In this document: positions 44,865-57,600 of the stretch, in pieces
Numbering within the stretch: the stretch's first letter is position 1
Layout: each line of letters begins with the position of its first letter
From: the human T2T-CHM13v2.0 reference genome, Homo sapiens
DNA length: 64,000 nucleotides
Assembly (NCBI RefSeq): GCF_009914755.1
Contig: NC_060932.1
Direction: 5' to 3' (one strand)
Made by a program: the position numbers and the translations under genes
The notes under the pieces: generated by a model
What the model was told of the DNA's origin: nothing
The model's input: the letters and a program-made list of their open reading frames with translations, nothing else
Databases searched by the model: none

Positions 44865-44903
<39 letters not shown>

Positions 44904-47900
44904 TTTAGAGATAGAGTCTCACTCTGTCCCCCAGGCTGGGGTGTAGCGGTGTGATCATAGCTCACTGCAGCCTTGAACTCCTGGGCTCAAATAATCCTCT
45001 CACCTCAGCCTCCTCAGTAGCTAGGACTACAGGTGCACCATGCCTGGCTAATTTTATATATATATATATATTTATTTAATTATATAAATACATATATTTA
45101 TAAATATATATATTTATAATTATATAAATATTTATAATTATATATATATTTATAAATATATATATATAATTATATATATATTTATAAATATATATATTTA
45201 TAATTATATATATATTTATAATTATATATATATTTATAAATATATATATTTATAATTATATATATAATTATAAATATATATATTTATAAATATATATATA
45301 TTTATAATTATATATATAATTATAAATATATATTTATAATTATATATATATTTATAAATATATAATTATAATTATATATATATTTATAAATATATATTTA
45401 TAATTATATATATTTATTTATAAATATATATTTATAATTATATATACATTTGTAAATATATATTTATAATTATATATATATATTTATAAATATATATTTA
45501 TAATTATATATATATATTTATAAATATATATATATAATTATATACATTTATATATATGAATTATATATATTTATATATAAAAATATATATATTTATATAT
45601 TTATATAAAAATATATATATTTATATATAAAAATATATATATTTATATATTTATATATAAAAATATATATATTTATATATAAAAATATATATATTTATAT
45701 ATTTATATATAAAATATATATATTTATATATTTATATATATATTTATATATTTATATATAAATATATATTATATCTTTATATATATTTATATATTTATAT
45801 ATAAATATATATTATATCTTTATATATATTTATATATATAAATATATATAAATTATATATTATATGTATATTAAATATATTTATATATTTATACATATTT
45901 ATATATAAATTATATATATTTATATATTTATACATATTTATATATAAATTATATATATTTATATATTTATACATATTTATATATAAATTATATATATTTA
46001 TATATTTATATATATTTATATATAAATTATATATATTTATATATTTATATATATTTATATATAAATTATATAATTTATATATTTATATATATTTATATAT
46101 AAATTATATAATTTATATATTTATATATATTTATATATAAATTATATAATTTATATATTTATATATATTTATATATTTATATATATTTATATATAAATTA
46201 TATAATTTATATATTTATATATATTTATATATTTATATATATTTATATATAAATATATATATTTATATATTTATATATAAATATATATATTTATATATTT
46301 ATATATATTTATATATAAATATATATATTTATATATTTATATATATTTATATATAAATATATATATTTATATATTTATATATATTTATATATTTAAATAT
46401 CTTTATATATAAATTATATAATTTATATATATTTATATATAAATTATATAATTTATATATATTTATATATAAATTATATAATTTATATATATTTATATAT
46501 AAATTATATAATTTATATATATTTATATATAAATTATATAATTTATATATATTTATATATAAATTATATAATTTATATATATTTATATATAAATTATATA
46601 ATTTATATATATTTATATATAAATTATATATATTTATATAAATTTATATAAATATATATAAATTATATATATTTATATAATTTATATAAATATATATAAA
46701 TTATATATATTTATATAATTTATATAAATATATATAAATTATATATATTTATATATTTATATAAATATATATATTTATATAGTTATATATATATAAATTA
46801 TATATATATTTATATTTATATATATTTATATATAAATTATATATATTTATATATTTTATATATAAATTATATATATTTATATATATTTATATATATTTAT
46901 ATATAAATTATATATATTTATATATATTTATATATAAATTATATATATTTATATATTTATATATATATATTTATATATTTATATATAATTATATACATTT
47001 ATATATTTATATATAATTATATATATTTATATATTTATATATAAATATATATATTTATATATAAATTATATCTATTTATATTTATATATAAATTATATCT
47101 ATTTATATATTTATATATATTTATTTATAATTTTATATATTTATATATTTATATATAAATATATATATTTATATATTTATATATTTATATATTTATATAC
47201 TTATATATATTTATATACTTATATATATTTATATATAAATATATTATTTATATATATATAAATAATATAAATATATTATTTATATATAATTATATAAATA
47301 ATATATTTATATATTTATATATAAATATATAAATTATATATTTATATATAAATATATATAAATATATATAAATATATAATTTATATATTTATATATATTT
47401 ATATATAAATATATAAATATATATAAATATATAAATTATATATTTATATATATTTATATATAAATATATAAATTATATATTTATATATATTTATATATAA
47501 ATATATAAATTATATATTTATATATATTTATATATAAATATATAAATTATATATTTATATATATTTATATATAAATATATAAATTATATATTTATATATA
47601 TTTATATATAAATATATAAATTATATATTTATATATATTTATATATAAATATATAAATTATATATTTATATATATACTTATATATAAATATATAAATTAT
47701 ATATTTATATATAAATTATATATATTTATATATAAATTATATCTATTTATATTTATATATAAATTATATCTATTAATACATTTATATATATTTATATATA
47801 TATTTATATACTTATATATTTTTACATATAAATATATATTTATATATATTTATATGTATAAATATATATATATTTATATATATTTATATGTATAAATATA

Positions 47901-49038
47901 TATATTTATATATATAAATATATATATATTTATATATATAAATATATATATATTTATATATAAATTACATAAATTATATAATTTATATATATTTATATAT
48001 AAATTATATAAATTACATAAATTATATAATTTATATATATTTATATATAAATTATATAAATTATATATTTATATATTTTATATATAAATTATATAAATTA
48101 TATATATTTATATAATTTATATATAAATTATATATATTTATATAATTTATATATAATTATATATATTTATATAATTAAATATAAATTATATATATTTATA
48201 TATATTTATATATAAATTATATAAATTATATATTTATATATTTTATATATAAATTATATATATATTTTATATATATTTTTTATATATATATATATTTTAT
48301 ATATAAATTATATATTTATATTTATATATTTATATATATTTATATAAAAATTATATATATTTATAACTTATATATATTTATATATAAATGATATATATAT
48401 AATTTATATATATTTATATATTTACATATAAATTATATGTATTTATATATAATTTATATATATTTATATATATAAATTATATAGATATTTATTTATATAT
48501 ATTTTTATATATAAATTATATAGATATTTATTTATTTATATATAAATTATATAGATATTTATTTATTTATATATATTTACATATATAAATTATATAGGTA
48601 TTTATTTATTTATATATATTTATATATAAATTTTTATATATTATATATTATATATCTTTATATATAAATATATAAAAATTTATATATATATAATATATAT
48701 TTATATATAAATTTATATATATAATATATATTTATATATATAAATTTATATATATTATATATATAAATTTATATATTATATATATTTTATGTATAATATA
48801 TATTTAAAATTTATATACTATATATTTTATATATATTTTTATATATATTTTATAATTTTTATATATATTATATATATATTTTTATATATATTTTATATAT
48901 ATTTTTATATATATATATAAAATTTCTGGTAGAGAAAGGGTCTTGCTTTGTTTGTCTTGAGATCCTGGCCTCAAACAGTCCTCCTGCCTTGGCCTCCCAA
49001 AGTGCTGGGATTACAGGTTTGGGCCACCGTACCAAGTC
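44865..49038 (-). mobile_element. AluJ-like element split by a giant AT expansion in its linker; (TATC)n at its tail
   Basis: Right arm ~44905-45050, left arm ~48926-49038, colinear. Confidence 0.85.
45049..48925. repeat. ~3.9-kb near-pure A/T tandem array (TA-based VNTR)
   Basis: Only scattered C/G; sub-arrays with periods of ~30, ~37 and ~39 bp. Confidence 0.97.
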
Positions 49039-50399
49039 TCTGTTATCATTTTGTAGGCACTCAGCGATGTGGAAAATAAAGGAAACAGTTTTAACCAAGC
49101 CAGAGAACATATGAATAACACATGATTTCTCCAAAGAGATACAAGCCAATACTAGGAGAGCCCATTTTTATATTTTTATGATACCTTTTATGGACCTCAA
49201 AACACCTGGTCAGCACAATTTGTTTTGTATGTTGCTAAGAGATTAGCATTCTCTACATTATCTATAGCTAGGTCTTTATCTTACAAAATAAATTCAAGCT
49301 AAATGTCAACATAATATCTCCATTAATAAATTTACATACATGTATGACCCATTAATTTTTCTACAGTAAATCAATCTACTTTTATGGTCATATCTTGATC
49401 TGACAACTTTAGTACATTAAGCTGAATACTCCTTGGTTTTCATATTCGATTTAGCCTTCTAAGAAACACGTCTTTATTTCCTTACAGCTCTATCTTTCCT
49501 AAACAGACAAAAATTAAAAAGATGTATGATTTAAGTAAGATACTAAAATATAGACATAAAATAGATCCTTAGAAATATAGAATTTCAGGGCTAGAACGAA
49601 TACTAGTTTTCCAAATAAGAAAACTAAAGTCAGAAAACCTAAGAGTAGAAGAGTCAAAATTAGATGTCAAGTGTCCTGATTCTTCCACATACACATATAT
49701 CCTTCTTATTGTTGGCTTCATTTTTTCCCTTCTCCTTACGTTATAGCCTCTAGTTTAAGACAAAGATCCTTGCTTGCTCAGAATACATTCTGTAAAGAAA
49801 TGACAGAAATCCTATCACACTAGTTTAAAATACAAAAAGTAAATTTATTACATCACATCATTGGAAAGTTGAAGAGCTCACGGAACTGTACCCAGGGCTT
49901 CAAAAATGTCATGAAGAACTGTCTATCTGTCTTTCCCCATGCAGTGTCACAAGGAGCTCAGGCTCCCATCTCACCAACTACCCAGTCCAGCAGAAAGAGT
50001 CCCTCTTGTCCAATAGCAACAAAAATGTTCTGGGTTTGCCAGTGACTGGTCTGCCAAGGCACTTCAGGTAAACCTTTTCAGTCATAATATTTATTATTTC
50101 ACTAATATTTGAGAAATCAGGAAAAATGATAAAAATAATATATTGTTAATTTACTTTCATAAGCTGTTAGAATAGGCAAAATGTTACCTACTTTACCAAG
50201 TTATTTGTTAAATATATATTTGCTCATTTACTGAGTACCAGAGTATGTCATGCTCAGTGTAATTTGAGACTTATATTTGGAAGTAATGTTGTCATTGTTC
50301 AACCTTAAAATTATTTAAAATGCTAGTTATCAAAGTTTTGGCTTATTAAGATTTTAAATTTGAAATTTCAATAATGAAGTCATATTATGAGATCTTAAT

Positions 50400-51580
50400 C
50401 TTTTTCACCTATTATATGCAACCCATCAGTAAATTCTCCCAATTATATTCCTTTAACCCATCTCCTAAATCCAATCCTTATCATCTTTTGTCAAGATTAG
50501 GGCTATAAACCTCTAACTTGTCTCAATTCTGTCTCTTTCAACCTATCACTCCCTCTACAACTGAGAGAGCTTTTGAAAATCTAAGACCATGTCACTCTTT
50601 TATTTAAGACTCTCCATTGTGTCTCATTAGATTTGAAGCAAACTCAAAAACTTTACCATGACTTACAGGGCCCATAATGGTCAGGTCTTTGCCTACCTTT
50701 CCATTATCTTCTCTTATTGGCTTCTTGCTGTCTGCTACCCTATTCTCACTGGCCTTTTTTGAGGTTGCCAATACACCTAGTTTTGATACTCATTTTGGGG
50801 CCATCATACATGTTCTCTCTACATAGAGACTTTTCCCTCTGGATTGTCACATGGCTGGCTCTTTCTTCCCTTCAGGTTTCAATGTCACCACATTGCCAGG
50901 TTGCCCAACTCCAGTGACCACCTCCCATAACTTTGGAATTGTGCAAACCACCAGTACATGACAAAATCTCATATCACCTCCTAAAAGAGATCATCCAATC
51001 ATAAGGAGGTTCCTTGCATTATTCACTCTCAAAGCACCCTGTTTGATTGCTTGTTTTTAGAGGCAGAGTCTCACTCTGTCACCCAGGTTGGAGTCCAGGA
51101 GCATGACCATAGCTCACTGCAGCCCCAAACTCCTAGGCTCAAGTGACTCTCCTGCCTCAGCCTCCCTATCGGGTATGTACCTGTAGTATCACTTGCTGTC
51201 TCACTACAGGTGCATACCTGTAGCACACTTAGCTGTTTTTTTTTTCTTTTTGGAGATGGGGTCTCACTGTGTTGCCTGGGGTGTCTAAAACTCCTGTGCT
51301 CAAGCAATCCTCCTGCCTCAGCTTCTCAGTGTTGGGATTACAAGCATGAGCCACCCCTCCCAGCAAAGCACCCTGTTTTTTAAGCTCATAATTCTTATCA
51401 CAATTTTTAATCATAAATGTGTTTGTTTCTTTGTTTTGTAATGTTAGTCTTCCCATCCAAATATACTCTGTGAAAGTAAGGAACTTCTCTTTTTGATCAC
51501 TGCTGTTTACTCAATGCTTGGCATAGAGTCTGGCATGTGGCAGTACTAAATATATAATTGTTTAGTGAATAAATGAACAA
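50400..51580. mobile_element. L2 fossil interrupted by an antisense AluJ-like element (~51050-51362)
   Basis: L2-like 3' end ending TGAATAAATGAA; Alu TSD CAAAGCACCCTGTTT at 51030-51044 and 51364-51378. Confidence 0.7.
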
Positions 51581-53584
51581 ATTCTTCTACCTGCAAATTC
51601 TGATTCAAATTACAGAAAGAAATGTCAAAACATAAGTAGGCCAATGGATTCATAGATTTTCACTGATGGCAGACATTTTGGTGCCCAGAAATGGAAAAGG
51701 CCAAGATTCTGAATTTGAAAAGGTGTCACTGCCTCACTCAGAAAGCATAGAGCAACACTTTAGAAAGGACCCCTGCTGTCCCTTCACTGATGAATCACTG
51801 GAGCATACTGCAATGTTCAGCACATAGTAGGCATCCAACATATTTGTTGGATGAATAAATCTATAGCTGGGGCAAGTACTGCATCAGCACCCCCACCTGA
51901 TCCCTGCAACAAACAAGGATCTGCACCAAGCACAGCATCCACTGAGAGTGGGAGCAGCCACAGCGCCATTCTTTGCCTGCAGTAACATTGGGCACAGCAT
52001 CGCCAGGCAGCAGGCAAGCCAGTTCACAGAAATATACCCCTTAACTAAATAGAGCCTACTTCCCATAGTCTACAAATACAGATGTCTATGAGGGACAAAC
52101 CTTAGGAACAGGTAAATTCACAGATTGCTCCATGCTGTCCCCTAAACACTAACACAAACCTGGGCAATGATTCTCAATCCAATTTGCCTTTCTGTTCAAA
52201 TACTTAATATCTATCTTGAAATTCACAGAAACCTAGAATACATAAAGAACTGGTTAATTTCCTCAAGTATGGAGTGCATTAAAGGAGGAAAAATCAGACT
52301 GAATTGTCAAGGGAGATTTACTCTGCCATGTACTGTCTGTTTATTCAACTAATTATCTTACCTCTCCTTCAAAGTGTTGAAGGCAAGATAAAAGCAGAAG
52401 CATAGAATATTCCATCTCAGTGATAAAAATTAATGGGTGTATTAAGGGAAAGAAGATAAATAAAATAAGAAAAAGAAGAAGAATAGAAATGATTTCAAAC
52501 AACTGCAAATGGCATTTAAGGTTAATTCCAAAGTCCTCGACATTTTACTGAACCTAGTGTCTGTATATCAGGCACCATGCCACAAACCATTCATCCTATT
52601 AAGAGCAGAAAGTTTCTCAGATGGGCTACTATTAAGCTAGAACAATAAGATTTTCTGAAAAAACTTTGTTTTAGGGATTCACATTTTAGCATACTCATAA
52701 TATGCTCTTCCAATTATTAGGTAGCATTTAGGCATCTGTTCAAACAATTTCCAACATCTGTTCAAACAATGATTTTTTTACTTAAATGTGGAACTTTTGG
52801 GGAAGTGGGGAGGAACATTTCATAATGGGCTTCTTCGGGGATAGGTTAAGAATAAGAAACAAACCATGTCCAAACACAGACCAAAAGCCACGTGAATGCG
52901 CAGAGTTTTATGAAACGTCTGTAGTTGTGCAATTTTCTTTTGAGGTGAAGAATGGTGAAAATGCATTCACTGTGGACTAGCATTGTTTCCTCAGTGACAC
53001 TTGCTCCTCCTAGACATGTAAACAATAAATCTAATCTTGTTAAATGTTTCTCAAATGCATCTTTCCAAAATAGAAGCACTTCAAGGAGACACCGCCTTGT
53101 TAAACCAGTTCAATAGTCCTAATACTGTAATATGTATAAAGTTAGGAAGACCTATGAAATACGGGCCTAGGTTAAAGAAAGTCAGAAAAGATAAAGATAT
53201 TTTGCACATACTGGTGATTATTTGTAGCTCTTCTGATCTGTGCTTAAGTCCTTTGACTAGAACCAACTTCACAGTCATGGAGAAATATTTTAAAACAGGG
53301 CTACCTCAAAGACTATTAGTTGCTTTGGTAATACATGGGCATGAGAGTTTAAAAGGTCAAAATGCTAAATTCAGAAGTGAGCTCCATTCTACATATTCAT
53401 TCTCTGGGATAATGAAAAGGTTTCCAACCTCCAAGTAGATCTTCCCCTCTTAATCTATTCTTGCTCCACCCTCCAATCTCCTTTACTCTGCTAGGCTGTG
53501 CCCAGCTTATGAGGGTCTTAGAAATAAATGCTTTGACTCTTGTTGAGCATGAAACAAATAAAATCGACTTTCAGAAATCAACTG

Positions 53585-54015
<431 letters not shown>

Positions 54016-54020
54016 AGAAA

Positions 54021-54210
54021 GGGGAGGGGAGGGGAGGGGAGGGGAAGGGGAAGGGGAAGGGGGAGGGGAAGGGGAAGGGGAAGGGGGAGGGGAAGGGGGA
54101 GGGGAAGGGGAAGAGGAAGGGGAAGGGGAAGGGGAAGGGGAAGGGGAAGGGGAGGGGAAGGGGAAGGGGAAGGAAGGGAAGGAAGGGAAGGAAAGGAAGG
54201 AAAGGAAGAA
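54021..54210 (+). repeat. (GGGGAA/GGGGA)n G-rich polypurine repeat
   Basis: More than 20 runs of G3-G5 separated by 1-2 A. Confidence 0.95.
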
Positions 54211-54611
54211 ACTGGATGGAGCAGAAAAGGAAACAAGTCTAAGAGAAGAGTCAGAGGAATCTGAATCTATCTTCTTTAATATCCAGAACTTTGTGGCCTG
54301 AGGCAAGTTACTGAACTTTTAAGATTCAGTTTCCCCACCTGTGAAAGCGAGATACTTGCATCTATTCCTTGAAATTTCTATAGGATTGAAATTATATAGT
54401 AGGTTTAATATGTTAACTATATTTACTATGTTTAATACATTAATATGTTTAAATGCACAGGCAGTACACAGCCTAGCACAAAGTGCTCAGTAAATGTTCT
54501 ATTCATACCCTCTTCAGACAGACTTGCATTAGAATGACTTGCATGTATGACTATCCCAGCCACTGGATTGAATGCATCTGGAAATTGGACACCATCTTTT
54601 CATTGTCTTTT

Positions 54612-57600
54612 TTTTTAAATTTGTATTGTTTTTTTTATTATTATTATACTTTAAGTTATAGGGTACATGTGCACAACGTGCAGTTTTGTTACATAGGTAT
54701 ACGTATGCCATGTTGGTTTGCTGCATCCATTAACTCATCACTTACATTAGGTATTTCTCCTAATGCCATCCCTCCCTCTGTCTCCCACCCCACGACAGGT
54801 CCCAGGGTGTGATGTTCCCCACCCTGTGTTCAAGCGTTCTCATTGTTCACTCTATGAGTGAGAACATGCAGTGTTTGGTATTCTGTCCTTGTGACAGTTT
54901 GCTCAGAATGGTGGTTTCCAGCTGCATCCATGTCCTTGCAAAGGACGTGAACGCATCCTTTTTTATGGCTGCATAGTATTCCATGGTGTATATGTGCCAC
55001 ATTTTCTTAATCCAGTCTATCATTGACGGACATTTGGGTTGGTTCCAAGTCTTTGCTATTGTGAATAGTACCACAATAAACATACATGTGCATGTGACTT
55101 TATAGTAGCATGATTTATAATCCTTTGGGTATATACTCAGTAATGGGATCGCTGGGTCAAACAGTATTTCTAGTTCTAGATCCTTGAGGAATCGCCACAC
55201 TGCCTTCCACAATGGTTGAACTAGTTTAAACTCCCACCAACGGTGTAAAAGCTTTCCTATTTCTCCACATCCTCTCCAGCATCTGTTGTCTCCTGACTTT
55301 TTAATGATCCCCATTTCTAACTGGTGTGAGATGGTATCTCATTGTGGTTTTGATTTGCATTTCTCTGATGACCAGTGATGATGAGCATTTTTTCATGCAT
55401 CTGTTGGCTGCATAAATATCTTCTTTTGAGAAGTGTCTGTTCATATCCTTTGCCCATTTTTTGATGGGGTTGCTTGTTTTTTTCTTGTAAATTTGTTTAA
55501 GTTCTTTGTAGATTCTGGATATTAGCCCTTTGTCAGATGGGTAGATTGCAAAAATTTTCTCCCATTCTATAGGTTGCCTGTTCACTCTGATGGTCATTTC
55601 TTTTGCTGTGTAGAAGTTCTTTACTTTAATTAGATCCCATTTGTCTCTTTTGGCTTTTCTTGCCATTGCTTTTGGTGTTTTAGACATGAAGTCCTTGCTC
55701 ATGCCTATGTCCTGAATGGTATTGCCTAGGTTTTCTTCTAGGGTTTCTATGGTTTTAGGTCTAACATGTAAGTCTTTCATCCATCTTGAATTAATTTTTG
55801 TATGAGGTGTAAGGAAGGGATCCAGTTTCCGCTTTCTGCATATGGCTAGCCAGTTTTCCCAGCACCATTTATTAAATAAGGAATCCTTTCCCCATTTCTT
55901 GTTTTTGTCAGGTTTGTCAAAGATCAGATGGTTGTAGATGTGCGCTGTTATTTCTGAGGCCTCTGTTCTGTTCCATTGGCCTAGATCTCTGTTTTGGTAC
56001 CAGTACCATGCTGTTTTGGTTACTATAGCCTTGTAGTATATTTTGAAGTCAGGTAGCATGATGCCTCCAGCTTTGTTCTTTTTGCTTAGGATTGTCTTGG
56101 CAATGTGGGCTATTTTCTAATTTGGTTCCATATGAACTTTAAAGCAGTTTTTTTCCAATTCTGTGAAGAAACTCATGGTAGCTTGATGGGGATGGCATCG
56201 AATCTATAAATTACCTTGGGCAGTATGGCCATTTTCACAATATTGATTTTTCCTATCCATGAGCATGGAATGTTCTTCAATTTGTTTGTGTCCTTTTACT
56301 GTATTGAGCAGTGTCTGTAGTTCACCTTGAAGAGGTCCTTCACATCCCTTGTAAGTTGGATTCCTAGGTATTTTATTCTCTTTGAAGCAATTGTGAATGG
56401 GAGTTCACTCATGATTTGGCTCCCTGATTGTCTGTTATTTGGTGTATAGGAATGCTTGTGATTTTTCCACATTGATTTTGTATCTAGAGACTTTGCTGAG
56501 CTTGCTTATCAGCTTAAGGAGATTTTGGGCTGAGATGATGGGGTTTTCTAAATTTACAATAATGTCATCTGCAAACAGGGACAGTTTGACTTCCTCTCTT
56601 CCTAATTGAATACCCTTTATTTCTTTCTCTTGCCTGATTGCACTGGCCAGAACTTCCAACACTATGTTGAATAGGAGTGGTGAGAGAGGGCATTCCTCTC
56701 TTGTGCAGTTTTCAAAGGGAATGCTTCCAGTTTTTGCCTATTCAGTATTATATTGGCTATGGGTTTGTCATAAATAGCTCTTATAGTTTTGAGATATGTT
56801 CCATCAATACCTAGTTTATTGAGAGTTTTTAGCAAGAAGGGCCGTTGAATTTTGTTGAAGGACTTTTCTGCATCTATTGAGATAATCATGTGGTTTTTGT
56901 CAGTCCTGTTTATGTGGTGGATTATGTTTATTGATTTGTGTATGCTGAACCAGGCTTGCATCTCAGGGAGGAAGCCGACTCGATCATGGTGGATAACCTT
57001 TTTGATATGCTGCAGGATTCAGTTTGCCAGTATTTTATTGAGGATTTTCGCATCGATGTTCATCTCTTTTTTTGTTGTGTCTTTGCCAGGCTTTGGTATC
57101 AGGATGATGCTGACCTCATAAAATGAGTTGGGGAAGATTGCCTCTTTTTCTATTGATTGGAATAGTTTCAGAAGGAATGGTACCAGCTCCTCTTTATACC
57201 TCTGGTAGAATTCGGCTGTGAATCCATCTGGTCCTGGACTTTTTTTGGTTGGTAGGCTATTAATTATTGCCTCAGTTTCAAAGCCTATTATTGGTCTATT
57301 CACAGATTCAACTTTTTCCTGGTTTAGTCTTGGGAGGGTGTATGTGTTGAGGAATTTATCCATTTCTTCTGGATTTTCTAGTTTATTTGTGTAGAGGTGT
57401 TTATAATATTCTCTGATTGTAGTTTTTGTATTTATGTGGGATCAGTGGTAATATCCCTTTTATCATTTTTATTGCATCTATTTTGATTCTTCTCTCTTTT
57501 ATTCTTTATTAGTCTTGCTAGCAGTCTATCAATTTTGTTGATCTTTTCAAAAAACCAGCTCCTGGATTCATTGATTTTTTTGAAGGGGTTTGTGTCTCTA

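Noticed and set aside
46411-46620. 30-bp repeats reminiscent of a CRISPR array
   Set aside because: No spacers, pure tandem repeat, eukaryotic context, no cas genes
52733-52770. Duplicated CATCTGTTCAAACAAT
   Set aside because: Simple 16-bp local duplication with no inserted element
53037-53438. 133-aa ORF in unique sequence
   Set aside because: Non-ATG start, no recognisable homology or splice structure
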